64,000 nucleotides of DNA, taken from positions 4,478-68,477 of the forward strand of contig CAWHWX010000005.1 in assembly GCA_963833125.1 (NCBI GenBank). The letters are read 5' to 3'. The stretch comes from Candidatus Bathyarchaeota archaeon. Lineage in GTDB: Archaea > Thermoproteota > Bathyarchaeia > 40CM-2-53-6. Position 1 is the stretch's first letter; each line of letters begins with the position of its first letter. The translations under genes were made by a program, and so were the position numbers. Positions 10,211 through 20,957 of the stretch are shown here, one piece after another. The notes beneath the pieces are model-generated. The model worked only from the letters and a program-made list of their open reading frames with translations, was not told the origin of the DNA and made no database searches.

Positions 10211-11294
10211 ACTGGTAGAGAAGTTGTTTGTTGACATGGCTTTGAACGTGAGAGCTGCTGTCCATCATCCCGGCGCCGCAGCGAGACTCGCTAGGTTTCC
10301 TGTACAGTTTGTGGAATGCGACGTTCTAAACCCGCAACAGGTTGAAAAAGCTGTGGCGGGGTGCGACATAGTCATAAACTGCACATCCGGATCTGACGAA
10401 GTTGCCGTGAAGGGCACTCTTAATCTAATTGAATCAGCTACGAGACATCATGTGAAGAAATACGTTCATTTGAGCTCAGCAGCCGTACATGGATTCAGCC
10501 ATAGAAAATCGGTAGTTTACGAGACATCCCGATTTGTGTTTTTCCCCAGAGGCTACGAGAGAGGCAAGATCAAATCTGAGAAATTGGTTGCAGATCATGC
10601 TCAGTCGCTTCCTTCCGTGATTCTGAGGCCGACATTGATTTACGGTCCATACTCTTCAAGTTGGACGTCTGGGATCATCTCAAGAATTCGAGACCATCAG
10701 ACCACTATTGTAGAAGGGCAAGGGCTAGCCAATCTGATTTACGTTGACGATGTGGTGGACGCGATAATCTATTCGATCAAGAATGATGAAGCGAATGGTG
10801 AGATATTCATAGTCAATAACGACCAGCAGAATGTATCATGGGCGGAGTATGCTCGAGCATACGCCGAACCACTTGGAATCATGCCTGTCACGTCCCGAGA
10901 ATACAACCCTGATCTGCGAAGAATGAAAGCTACCTTTTTGATGCTGCGAGACTCCTTAAACATCATGGTAAACGTGCTGAAGTCCCCTCAATTCCTAGCC
11001 TTACTTGCTCAGGTTCCCGTCTTTGTCAAGGTTGGTTCTATGATCATCAAAGGGAAGAGAAGGGAGACCATTGAAACCAAAGTTACATCGGAGACAAGAA
11101 TATCACCGGCCAACCCTAAGATTCTTCTCGATTACGAGGGGACTAGCAAGCAATTCTACAAGTTGCTAACGTGTCGAGCAACTTTCTCCGCTTCGAAAAG
11201 CAGGAAGGTCTTGCATCTTGAACCGTTAACTCCAATTGAAGAGGGGATTGCAAGAAGCATAGAGTGGGCGAATTGGGCTGGCTATTACGGGTAA
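10161..11294 (+). CDS. NAD-dependent epimerase/dehydratase (extended SDR)
   Basis: The GxxGxxG motif is split between frames (ILVVGA | SGFLGTRLVEKL), implying an indel near 10165-10195. Catalytic YxxxK present as YERGK. LSSAAVHG also present. Confidence 0.8.
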   Translation: MLGPYSWLALSGFLGTRLVEKLFVDMALNVRAAVHHPGAAARLARFPVQFVECDVLNPQQVEKAVAGCDIVINCTSGSDEVAVKGTLNLIESATRHHVKKYVHLSSAAVHGFSHRKSVVYETSRFVFFPRGYERGKIKSEKLVADHAQSLPSVILRPTLIYGPYSSSWTSGIISRIRDHQTTIVEGQGLANLIYVDDVVDAIIYSIKNDEANGEIFIVNNDQQNVSWAEYARAYAEPLGIMPVTSREYNPDLRRMKATFLMLRDSLNIMVNVLKSPQFLALLAQVPVFVKVGSMIIKGKRRETIETKVTSETRISPANPKILLDYEGTSKQFYKLLTCRATFSASKSRKVLHLEPLTPIEEGIARSIEWANWAGYYG

Positions 11295-11485
11295 GTAGCT
11301 CAAATCGAGCAATTCAAAGCCGAAGTCACGAAAGTTGGAAGATTTTTGCATCGATAGTGATTCGAAGGCAACTTAGTATGCAACAAGTAAGTATCATAGA
11401 TAACGAACTTGCATTTCGAACTCAGTGAGCATTTGGAGACTAACCGTCGCAAATTGATGCTCCAAGTAGAGAGGATTGGATTAGG

Positions 11486-13340
11486 TTATCCCGATTGACC
11501 AGAATCAGGTATCCATTTTTCAATCCATTTCCCGAACAGCAAGAGTCTGGCCCTATAGAGTCTGTACAGTCGATTATTCTCGACAAGAGCCCGTTTCTTA
11601 AAGAACGCATGCATTTCTGGGCTTAGAGTCCTTAAGTAATCCAGCGAATAGGTGAGATAATCCTGGTATTTCTCGTTTAGAATCCATTCTAGTATTGGCG
11701 TGGCAAAACCGTGTTTCTTTCTCCGAACGATTTCTGCAGGAATTGTATCTTCAATTATCGTTCGCATGAATTTCTTTGATCGAAACAATCCTACCTGCCA
11801 CTCGATGGGAACTCTCTGAGAGAATTCGACAATTCTATAATCTAATAAGGGACACCGGATTTCGAGTGAATTAGCCATAGACACTCTGTCTGTTTTAGCC
11901 AAATAATTATCGGGGAGGGTGTTGAAGAGCATGTCGTACTCGCGTAGAATTTGGGCCATAGATGTTGATCCTAGGCACAAGCCTAATTTCTCAATCGACC
12001 ACTGCTTTGCCACTTCAGGATTAGGTATCTCTCCTTCCAACGCTTGAGCATAGAAAAGGGATGGGTCGCGTAACGACGCTCGAAATGCTTTCTTGAGAAG
12101 AAAGATCGAGACGTAGCCGTCGAGGTTTCGTCTTGCAGGCATCTTCGACAGGACGGCTCTCATAGACCGAGGGATCCTTTTGAGGAGATCCAGCCTGTAG
12201 CCTGCTACGTGCTCAGCATATCCTGCAAAGATTTCGTCACCCCCGTCCCCGCTTAGCGCCACTGTGACCTTCTCGCGAGCCTTCTCGCACAGTAAATGGG
12301 TAGGAAAGCATGCCAGATCTGCAAGAGGTTCATCGAATAGTGCTCCATACTTGGACAGGCGCTCTTCAAAATCTCTCTCTCTGAACATGTAATGATGGTG
12401 ATTTGTCCCGAACCTTTCGGCTGCGATTTTGATGAATGGTGTTTCGTCGTAACTTCTTCCATCAAATCCCACTGAGAATGTGTGCAACGATTGTGGATCC
12501 GTAAACTTACTAGAGTAAGCCACAATGGTACATGAGTCTAAACCGCCGTCAGAAAAACTCCGACTGGCACGTCCGCAATCATACGGAGTCGTACTGCGTC
12601 TTCAAAAAGAGCTCGCCCTTCTTGATTTAGGCGGTTGCGATAGTATGCTGGATCGTAACGTGGGAGTGAATAATAACACATTGTCTTCACTCGTTGGGTT
12701 GTCAGGTCAAAAATTAGGTTCTGTCGCGCCTCAAGTTTGAACGTGTTTCTGTAGATTGCGTAAGGCGCAGGGATGAAACCTAGCGTGAAGTACAGATTTA
12801 CCCGTCAGGGCTAATGTTCGCCATTCTGTTGAGATGCAGATCTTCATGTACTAACAACCCTCTGATTTCGGAGCTGAAGATGAATTTGCCGTTTTTGTAA
12901 TAGTAGTAGAACGGCTTCTTACCCATTCTGTCCCTAGAGCAAAAGATCACTTGCTTGGTAGGGTCGTAGATGGCGAAGGCCCACATGCCATTGAAGTCTC
13001 TTACGCAATCGATTCCTGACTCTAAGTAGCTAGCAACTACAACTTCCGTGTCCGAATGTGATTTGAAGCTAAAGCCGATTAATTCTAACCTACGACGCAA
13101 TTCACTACAATTGTAAATCTCACCATTGAAGACGATAACCGCGGTTTTGCCATCGTGCGAGTATTGCATTGGTTGACTGCCAGCTTTGCTGAGGTCTATT
13201 ACGGATAGCCTCACGGCGCCTAAACTTACGTGATTATCTGAAAACGTGCCATCGTCGTCGGGACCTCTGTATTTGACGGCTCTGTTCATTGACTGAGCCA
13301 ATCCAGGATCCGAAAAGTTGAAGCCGTTTATTCCGCACAT
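11486..13340 (-). CDS. asnB: Asparagine synthase (glutamine-hydrolysing), AsnB-type amidotransferase; two frameshifts (~12553-12557 and ~12801-12803)
   Basis: N-terminal nucleophile MCGI plus a class-II GATase domain (ORF 12798-13340). The middle segment VNLYFTLGFIPAPYAIY...VPVGVFL lies in a third frame. PP-loop SDGGLDS and the synthetase domain lie in ORF 11486-12523. Confidence 0.85.
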
Positions 13341-13373
13341 GCAACAAACCCTCCGCAGTCGTGCTAGATAACT

Positions 13374-14531
13374 TCAAACTAGTTGATCGTAGACTCTTAG
13401 ATACTCATTAACTAGGGTTTCCCAATTGCGGCTCCTTTCTATGTAACGATGCGCATTTTTCCCGAGCCTCGAGCATTCTTCTGCGCTTGTCAAGAGTACA
13501 CGAATTTTCGCAGCCAAGTCCTCACAGCTTTTGGGTCTCGCAAGCAAACCGTTCTGGGAATCCACGATATACTCGCGTGCAAATGCATAATCAAAGGCCA
13601 CCACTGGCCTAGCGAGCGCCATGGCCTCCAGCGGTGAAATTGGTTGAGCCTCACAGAGGCTTGGTAGGGCGACCAATCGGGATCTGCTAATTTTCTTGAG
13701 TAACTCGTCGTGCATCACGAAACCGTTCATAGATACATTGGTCGCTAAACTCAAGTTGGAGACAAGTTGTTTCACCTTTCTAGTTAGGGGTCCAGTGCCG
13801 CAAATTTCGAGTCTAAGGTTTGGGAATTCACTGATCAAAAGGCTCAGCGCTCGTATCAAATAGAGCAATCCTTTGTTCCACTCCAATCGACCATAATAAA
13901 GCAGCAAGTTAGGATCCTGATCAATCCTGTTAAAGGTAGGTAATCTCCGGAAATCTATTCCGTTGCGAACCACTGAAACGGTACGACTTACGCGATGCAT
14001 TGTCTTCAGATCGCGAAGTGTGCAAGAACCGCAAACGAAGATATGATCAGAATGCTTCAAACAGCCCTCCGTGAGCGCTTCGTTGAGAGGGTACGCCACT
14101 CCATGAGTAAGCAAGTCCCCGATAGTCCACTCGGAAATGGGAGACCTTGCGAATACTTTCAAATCGCTGAGTGCATTCCCATGAATAGTTGTAACGAGAG
14201 GACGGCCCCATACTGACTTGAAATTCGCCATAAGACCAAAGCCGAGTGCGCTCGTTGCATGCAGGACGTCAAACTTCGTGAGACGTTGTATGAATGATAC
14301 AAGGTTGATCATTTGAAACCAAAGGTACCTCGGCGGGACTTGACGATACGGCAAGTGGACGATTGTAAGGTACGGGTTTAGATGATCGACTCGGTACCCT
14401 CTTGCCCTACCGCAAAATACTGTTGTTTCAATTCCTCGTTTGGATAGCGCGTAAGCCAGATCGAAGGAATAAGTTGCTATTCCTCCGATCGACAAGGGAG
14501 GAAAGTCGTCCGTGATAAGAGCAATTTTCAA
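13374..14531 (-). CDS. Glycosyltransferase family 4
   Basis: MKIALITDDFPPLSIGGIATY start. C-terminal motif CEAQPISPLEAMALARPVVAF. Confidence 0.85.
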   Translation of the reverse strand: MKIALITDDFPPLSIGGIATYSFDLAYALSKRGIETTVFCGRARGYRVDHLNPYLTIVHLPYRQVPPRYLWFQMINLVSFIQRLTKFDVLHATSALGFGLMANFKSVWGRPLVTTIHGNALSDLKVFARSPISEWTIGDLLTHGVAYPLNEALTEGCLKHSDHIFVCGSCTLRDLKTMHRVSRTVSVVRNGIDFRRLPTFNRIDQDPNLLLYYGRLEWNKGLLYLIRALSLLISEFPNLRLEICGTGPLTRKVKQLVSNLSLATNVSMNGFVMHDELLKKISRSRLVALPSLCEAQPISPLEAMALARPVVAFDYAFAREYIVDSQNGLLARPKSCEDLAAKIRVLLTSAEECSRLGKNAHRYIERSRNWETLVNEYLRVYDQLV

Positions 14532-14576
14532 TATGTTTCGTCCATGTTCATTCTATACATATTCCCTTCAGGGCAC

Positions 14577-15779
14577 TCATGCTGTCGTGATCGAACCTCG
14601 CTGCGTTGCGTGCCAGGCGCTACCTCTTCTCACAGAATAAAACAGTCCGATTAGAAGATAATATTCGTGAACAAGGAAACTCCAGAGTAAGTCAAACTTC
14701 TTTGATCGTTTACTTACAAGGTACAAACTTACAACAACCAGCGGAACAACTGGTAGTAGATACAGGGAGACGCATACCATCACAATGATCAATGCGACGA
14801 GCCCCGCGACAAAGAACAATGGAGAGATCATCATCAGAAGCCGCAGTGGGAAAATCAATCTGCCAAACATGCCGGACCTTTGACTGAACAATAAGTCAAG
14901 ATTTGAAAACGCAGCTTGAATCTGGCGGGCTGCTCGTCGAGTTTTTTGCCTCAGCTGCTCCTTAACTTTAACAACGATGGGCTCACGAAAGATAATGGAA
15001 GGCACGCAAATGTAACGCAAACCTTTACGCACGATAGCGAGAGAAATATTTCCATCGGTTGAACCGTAATCCAACGGCATTGTCGGAAAGGCGGATCTGC
15101 GAATCATTGCGAAATTGGTGTAACCCGGAAATGTGGAATGGATGGCACTTTCTGTTACGCTCATCCTGTCATAAAAGTCCCTATAGGGCGTTTCAATCAT
15201 CGCGGCGTTTGTCTGCCCTGATGATACCATCTCCATTCTAGATGTAACGCCTCCAATGTTTGGTAAGTTTTCAATGACTTTGATAGACTTCAATAATGCA
15301 TCGTGATCAACTGTCACATCAGCGTCCGTCGTGACGATGAAAGCACCTTTCGCTTCATTGAAGCCTCGGTTATAGCAGCCGTTCACGCCTGTTCTCGATT
15401 CCATCGTTATCACTCTCCCTTGAAGGTTGAGCCTTCTTAGCGTCCGTTCTGCGAACAAACGCGTCTGATCTGTAGACGCATCATCAACAACAATGACTTC
15501 ACGTTTTTCATGAGGGTAATCCATTTCCGCCACATCATTCAGTTTTGTTTCAATTACCCCTTCTTCATTATGGGCCGGGATGATGATCGATATTACAGGA
15601 AGTTCCTCAGTCTTCACCACGAGCTTCATCGTCCTTTGCAACTGTGCCAGATATTCAACGACATCGGCCTTTCTTAGCACAAGCAAGAAATACAGTGCGA
15701 AAACTGTTATGACAAACCCGAAACTGCCAATAGCGATCCATAATGCTGTGACCATCACTCCGGCTCCTTCTGGCGACAA
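14577..15779 (-). CDS. Membrane-embedded glycosyltransferase family 2 with processive-synthase-like topology
   Basis: N-terminal TM helix. GT-A motifs ISIIIPAHNEE, VVDDASTDQT and TDADV. The STDGN..REP..QLRQKTRRAARQ region aligns with the TED...QxxRW region of NodC/IcaA/BcsA-like synthases but is degenerate (QKTRR). Three to four C-terminal TM helices. Confidence 0.8.
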   Translation of the reverse strand: MSPEGAGVMVTALWIAIGSFGFVITVFALYFLLVLRKADVVEYLAQLQRTMKLVVKTEELPVISIIIPAHNEEGVIETKLNDVAEMDYPHEKREVIVVDDASTDQTRLFAERTLRRLNLQGRVITMESRTGVNGCYNRGFNEAKGAFIVTTDADVTVDHDALLKSIKVIENLPNIGGVTSRMEMVSSGQTNAAMIETPYRDFYDRMSVTESAIHSTFPGYTNFAMIRRSAFPTMPLDYGSTDGNISLAIVRKGLRYICVPSIIFREPIVVKVKEQLRQKTRRAARQIQAAFSNLDLLFSQRSGMFGRLIFPLRLLMMISPLFFVAGLVALIIVMVCVSLYLLPVVPLVVVSLYLVSKRSKKFDLLWSFLVHEYYLLIGLFYSVRRGSAWHATQRGSITTA

Positions 15780-16019
15780 GTCTACTCAACCAATTCCCGT
15801 TTTAACAAGTTGAATCCGATTTCAATGATCTTGAATTCTGAACCCGCATAACATTGTAATTAGACCGGTGATCTACTTCGATTTGGCCTCGCACTGACCT
15901 TTGTCAACCTCTCAGGGCCGAATTTTCTGATTTCACTGAAAGCGCGCTACGCAATAAGTTTGTTACCAGTATCAAATGCGAAAAGATTTGTAGGGAGTGT
16001 TGCCTAGATGAGATTCCGC

Positions 16020-16873
16020 TCATCTCACGGTTGTGCTGAGGGCGTTCCAGTACGACTCTGGCGTTCCTACGTCTATTCGTGTTTCGTGACGTCCAAGCTC
16101 CACCGCATACACCTTACCGCCGTCTTCGACAAGGTGCTCAATAGCATCTGTTAATTCCAATTCGCGCTCGGAATTCTTACGTGCCTGCTCTAAGCAACGA
16201 TAGATCCTCTCGTTAAACGCATATAGGGCAACGACGGCCAACTTCGATTTAGGATGTTTCGGCTTTTCTTTAACGTGCTTCACGAGATATGTCCCCGGAC
16301 ATATTTTGTCGCCTTCAACTACGCCGTACTTACCGGGTCCTTGACTTTTTGCACATAAAAGACTGCATCAGCTTGGTAAGAATCAAACGCGGTCATTAAC
16401 CTGCTAAAGCATCCGCCAGCATTTTTTGAGATAATCAGGTCATCTCCGGCGTGAACAATGAATGAACTGTGATTTGTAAAGGCTCTCGCACGAAGGACTG
16501 CATCACCGAAGCCAAGCGGTTCAGGCTGATTTATGAATACGATGTTTGACTTCCGAACTTTTTGGTAAAAATGTTCCATCTCCATGACAAGATGAGGCTT
16601 CGCAAGTTTCTTCAAGTTCTCGATGAATCCAGCATCCAGAGTGAATTGGTCCTCTATGCTTCTCTTCCCTCTTCCAACAATGAGGCAGAATTCTCGTAAT
16701 CCAGCGTCATACAGCCTCTCGAACACGACCTGGACAATCGGCTTGAGAAAGACCAGCCCACTAGAGCTTCTTACGAAAACAGGCAGCATTTCTTTGGGCT
16801 GCTGTTTCGTAGCTGGTAGAAGTCTCGTGCCTAGGCCAGCGCTGGGAATGACCGCGATTCTAATCTGATTCAT
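16020..16873 (-). CDS. galU: UTP-glucose-1-phosphate uridylyltransferase-like sugar-1-P nucleotidyltransferase (frameshift ~16333-16337)
   Basis: AVIPSAGLGTRLLPATKQQPKEMLPV signature in ORF 16319-16873. The C-terminal part KYGVVEGD...VKEKPKHPKSKLAVVALYAF..IDVGTPESY lies in ORF 16020-16283 and the open frame upstream of it. Confidence 0.8.
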
Positions 16874-16892
16874 TGCAAAGACCTATGAACAC

Positions 16893-17795
16893 CTATTCAC
16901 GTACTCCTCTGTCCACACCTATGCGTTCGTTGATTTCCTCGACGGCCTTCAACAGTTTGGCGTCATACCCTAGGTCGGTTGCAAACTTCAAGAAAGCACG
17001 GAGATCTTTTGGCAAGCATTTGCCCCCGAATGCTTTGCCATGAATCGTCCCGTAAGTCCCTATGCGCGGGTCCATTCCGGCGACTCGAGCGACTAAGTCG
17101 GAGTTGATGCCTAGCGAATTACAGACATAGTATATTTCATTCCAGTAGGAAATTCGAGTTGCCAGGGCACAATTGAAGGCGTATTTTATCATTTCAGCGG
17201 TGACTATATTCGTACGGATAATTGGTCGATCCAATCGCTCATACAACCGTGCGAGCTGAGCTCCGGATTTTTCGTCCGACTCACCGATGACGATGAATGG
17301 CTCATCAGCGAACCCGCGCTCAAATGATAAATCGGTTGTCCATGACTTGTGTATCTCAGTCATGAACTCTGGATTGGCGCAAATTCCCAGTTGATCTCCT
17401 ACCTTTCGACTAGAGTGTTGCTCCAGAGTTGGTATAACAATTCTTTCAATGGTCTTTGGCACAACTGTGCTCTTAATCACCACCAAATGGTAGGCGGCTC
17501 CGCCGTTCAGGCAGTTAGCCAATTTTATGGTTGCCGATTCAAGGTAGGTCAGATCGATCGCTCCGTTCACCGTAGGCGTCGGAACGCAGATGAATGACAC
17601 CACTGAGTCACGTAGGGCATCTTCAATTGATGATGTTGCAATTAGGCCATCTTTTCGCAGTTTATCAATTCTTGCTGTCGAGACATCGTAAAACCTGACC
17701 TCATGACGCAGCTGGAGCAGACCCATCCCGAGGCTTGTCCCTACCACACCGGAGCCGAGTATGCTGACCTTAGTCATTGCCACCGATTCCGTCAT
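16893..17795 (-). CDS. UDP-glucose/GDP-mannose dehydrogenase-family protein lacking the C-terminal nucleotide-sugar-binding domain
   Basis: Rossmann motif KVSILGSGVVGTSLG. Catalytic-Cys motif AFGGKCLPKD about 40 aa from the stop. Total only 300 aa (start may be the ATG at 17777). Confidence 0.8.
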   Translation of the reverse strand: MTESVAMTKVSILGSGVVGTSLGMGLLQLRHEVRFYDVSTARIDKLRKDGLIATSSIEDALRDSVVSFICVPTPTVNGAIDLTYLESATIKLANCLNGGAAYHLVVIKSTVVPKTIERIVIPTLEQHSSRKVGDQLGICANPEFMTEIHKSWTTDLSFERGFADEPFIVIGESDEKSGAQLARLYERLDRPIIRTNIVTAEMIKYAFNCALATRISYWNEIYYVCNSLGINSDLVARVAGMDPRIGTYGTIHGKAFGGKCLPKDLRAFLKFATDLGYDAKLLKAVEEINERIGVDRGVRE

Positions 17796-18690
17796 TGAGT
17801 GTTTCGTGCTTGCCTGGAGTTTGAGTTATGCTTCGCAGTTTCTCAAATGTGTCCCGAGCGTGGTCTTCAGAGGATACCCCAACGGTTACTCCAAACAGAT
17901 TAGGCAAGCTGCCGATATAACTGATGGCCTCGTTCAGCCTCAAGTAGCCTCCCGCCATGATGCTCATAGCAACGACGTTCTCATTCTCCATCTTCGACAG
18001 ACACTCTTCACACGATTGCTTTGAAGGGTTCATTTGGAAACCGATTGAATTGAATGGTGTCATTACGAGGATGTCGTTGAGAGGCAAATTCATTTCATGT
18101 AAATTGCTTACAAGTTTTGGAAAATTGCGCGTGACAAATCCCGGCATGGCATGCCATTTCTCTCTGATGTGGCGAATGAACGACTCAAGTATCTCGATTG
18201 CTCCGAAACTGATTCCTAGATCTGTGATAACTTCGTGCAGTAGGACGCTCTTGATATTGTAGTTCCGTGGGATCTGGGATAGTTCGGAGTCTATGTAAGC
18301 CATCATTGCTCCAAGTGGGTTGAACGTCAAGGCGGAGATGCCGCCATGAACAACTAGTTTAGCTTTCTCGGTAACAGAAAGTTGTGATAATACATCGCTC
18401 ATGAGCCCAGTTACACCCTTCTCATTAATCGTTCGAACATAACGAGCTGCATAGGGCAAGATCGGGTAGAATGCGAATTCCTCTTTGATCTCGTTCGATT
18501 CGGCAAGACTTCGCAATAGAGTGAAATTGCTTGGGTCAGCGGAAAATGTGAAACCGGTTGCGCCGCAAGAAGCGGCTTTTTCGATTACCTTTGCCTTATC
18601 CTGGGTGTCCAGGCGTCTGCTTCTTCCCCTCGCTTGGGATAGATGGCTGATTCCGAGGAATGAGTTATCCCCTATGAGTAGATGCTTCAA
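17770..18690 (-). CDS. Hypothetical protein, 306 aa, no family recognised; co-operonic with sugar-modifying enzymes
   Basis: Long ORF with ordinary globular composition. Its stop overlaps the start of the dehydrogenase-like gene. It lies 68 bp downstream of the Gfo/Idh/MocA gene on the same strand. Confidence 0.6.
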   Translation of the reverse strand: MKHLLIGDNSFLGISHLSQARGRSRRLDTQDKAKVIEKAASCGATGFTFSADPSNFTLLRSLAESNEIKEEFAFYPILPYAARYVRTINEKGVTGLMSDVLSQLSVTEKAKLVVHGGISALTFNPLGAMMAYIDSELSQIPRNYNIKSVLLHEVITDLGISFGAIEILESFIRHIREKWHAMPGFVTRNFPKLVSNLHEMNLPLNDILVMTPFNSIGFQMNPSKQSCEECLSKMENENVVAMSIMAGGYLRLNEAISYIGSLPNLFGVTVGVSSEDHARDTFEKLRSITQTPGKHETLNDGIGGND

Positions 18691-18758
18691 CTCGCTCTCC
18701 TCCGGAAGTGACTTGGATCGCCTCTACAAGAAAGTTGACTTTTGCGGCCTCGAGGAAG

Positions 18759-19700
18759 TCAGGAACCGCCCGAGTTCCATGGTCGATTGCACTCAGGAAG
18801 GCTCTGATCTTCCGTTGTGTACTCTGGATTTGCTAAGAGGAAGGGGACTGAGGTGTCGAATGATTGATTATACAATATTTGTTCCTTCTGGTCTTCGTTA
18901 CCAGGTTCGATCCTTAACTCGTCATCCGTAAGAATCATATTTCCTTCCTTTCCGTGGATTTCGAGCGTTATCTCGGGGAGTCTAAATCCTCGAACACTCC
19001 AACAAGCGTCCACATGTCCGCTCAACCCTGACTCGAAGTCTAGTATGGCATGAACATAATCATCAACGGTCTTGGAGTAGAGACTACGCTTCACGGCCGA
19101 TACATAATTAACATCTCCAAAGAGCCATAATAGAACGTCCAGCAGATGCGGGGCCAAGTCAAGCAGTACCCCGCCAACTCCACTTCTAAACCTCCATGAT
19201 GTCCCCTCGTGGAGTACGTCGGATGAGTAAGAGTACGCTCGGAAAAACATCAAATCTCCAATCAGGTTCTCGTCGAGCATTCGCTTCGCCTCGTAAAACA
19301 GAGGCGCGTATCTCTTCTGGAAGCCAACCATGTGCACTCCACGCGAATCCTTCACGGCTTCGCATGTTTTCTTGGCCAAATCTGCGGAGCTAGCCAACGG
19401 TTTCTCTACGAATAGGCTGAGGTCACGTTTAAGATTGGCAAGCTCGACAACGATGGAGGCGTGAGATTCTATCGGCGTCGTTATGAATACTGCATCTAGG
19501 TTCTCTTTGAGAACCATGTCGGCGCTATCCTCATAGAATGATACTTCTTCTGGCAGTATCTTCTTGGCGATCCTTGCCACTAATTTTTCCTTCTCGCAGA
19601 TCGCTTGGACGCGAGAGTCTGGAAGTTGGTTTATGATCCCTCGTGTAGGACCCCCATTTTGCCTAGCCCTATTATTCCAACATTCTTCGTATTGGCCCAC
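18759..19700 (-). CDS. Gfo/Idh/MocA-family oxidoreductase (N-terminal frameshift in a C5/G5 run at 19651-19655)
   Basis: Family motif FVEKPLASS plus the C-terminal domain lie in the ORF. The Rossmann start NVGIIGLGKMG lies in the adjacent frame immediately upstream. Confidence 0.8.
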   Translation of the reverse strand: MGQYEECWNNRARQNGGPTRGIINQLPDSRVQAICEKEKLVARIAKKILPEEVSFYEDSADMVLKENLDAVFITTPIESHASIVVELANLKRDLSLFVEKPLASSADLAKKTCEAVKDSRGVHMVGFQKRYAPLFYEAKRMLDENLIGDLMFFRAYSYSSDVLHEGTSWRFRSGVGGVLLDLAPHLLDVLLWLFGDVNYVSAVKRSLYSKTVDDYVHAILDFESGLSGHVDACWSVRGFRLPEITLEIHGKEGNMILTDDELRIEPGNEDQKEQILYNQSFDTSVPFLLANPEYTTEDQSLPECNRPWNSGGS

Positions 19701-19897
19701 TCACGTGAAGGTTTGTGCAGCCGTCTAATAACGGCGTTGATGAACTACTAAAAATCGAGCGCATTCCGTATGGATTGTCACCTTAATCTCAGAATAAGAA
19801 AGAGGTCTCCGCTGTTATTGATGAGTTTATTGAAAATTCTTAGCCATTCAAACGTGTTCTCTATATTCACGATTTACGCTAATGTGCCCGATCCCCT

Positions 19898-20902
19898 TTG
19901 TATAACGTCCCTCCCCGAATGGAACGGGTATCCCAGTCTCTCAACATTGACCGAGGATTGGATGTGACTATTATTTCAAAAGAGGATGTCACTATCGTAT
20001 TGCCTGTTCTCAACGAGGAGAAGGGCGTTTCTGCCGTTATTGATGAGCTCCTTGAGAAGGGCTACAGGAACATTTTGGTTGTGGACGGTTACTCGACCGA
20101 TATGACAGTCCACGCCGCACGCCAGAAGAATGTCCCAGTTATCGAACAACAAGGCAGGGGAAAGACAGGAGCCATTCAGACGGCAATTGAGCATGTGTCC
20201 ACCCCCTACATGTTGATTATGGATGGGGATTTCACCTACGACGCTGGCAACATCCAGAGATTTCTGCAAAATGCTGAAGGGTTCGATCAGATAGTCGGTG
20301 CAAGAAGCACAGGAAACATCAACCGTGTACATCAGTTCGGAAACCGGTTGATCTCTAGGGTGTTCAACACGTTGTTCGGGACAAATATTTCTGATGTTTG
20401 CTCAGGCATGTACTTGCTCAATTCGGAATCTGCTAGGCAGCTGGTGTTTCGCACTAAGGGGTTCAGCGTTGAGGTGGAGGTGCTCGCCCAAATGGGTATG
20501 CAGGGTAGGGTTACGGAGGTGCCGATTAACTATCGGAAGCGAATCGGTGAAGCGAAGTTATCAACGGTTGTTCATGGATGGGATATTCTGAAGTCAATCT
20601 TTTTGCTTGCTAGGCTCTATAATCCCATCTTTCTCTTCTCCATTGTTGCCTTCGGTGCCGCGGTTCCAGGTTTGGGGATATTGTCTTGGGTTCTCTTGAT
20701 GTGGGCGGTTACTAGGGTGTTCCATAGTGGATGGGCATTGGCTGGGCTGATGCTAATGTTACTCGCCTCTCAAGCCTTCATAATTAGCACCATATCGATT
20801 CTTCTAAAACGAAGCGAGATCAGAATCGAGAAATTAGTTCGAACTGATATTGACCGTCGAGAATCAACTGAACTTGAAACGCGAAACGTGACGACTCAAT
20901 AA
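19898..20902 (+). CDS. GT2 dolichyl-phosphate hexose synthase-like glycosyltransferase with C-terminal TM helices
   Basis: VTIVLPVLNEEKGV, LVVDGYSTDMT and MDGDFTY (DxD motif). Two to three C-terminal TM helices, as in DPM1/AglD/AglJ-like enzymes. Confidence 0.85.
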   Translation: MYNVPPRMERVSQSLNIDRGLDVTIISKEDVTIVLPVLNEEKGVSAVIDELLEKGYRNILVVDGYSTDMTVHAARQKNVPVIEQQGRGKTGAIQTAIEHVSTPYMLIMDGDFTYDAGNIQRFLQNAEGFDQIVGARSTGNINRVHQFGNRLISRVFNTLFGTNISDVCSGMYLLNSESARQLVFRTKGFSVEVEVLAQMGMQGRVTEVPINYRKRIGEAKLSTVVHGWDILKSIFLLARLYNPIFLFSIVAFGAAVPGLGILSWVLLMWAVTRVFHSGWALAGLMLMLLASQAFIISTISILLKRSEIRIEKLVRTDIDRRESTELETRNVTTQ

Positions 20903-20957
20903 AACTGAATAATCCTTATGGCATGCACCGTATAATGCCAATGTTTAGTGTGTAGCG

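Noticed and set aside
18903-18912. GGTTCGATCC, and likewise GGGTTCGAATCC at 43491-43502: T-loop-like strings that might mark tRNAs
   Set aside because: The flanking bases do not form T-stems or acceptor stems. Both lie inside well-supported protein-coding genes (a Gfo/Idh/MocA gene and sufU). No tRNA is supported anywhere in the window.
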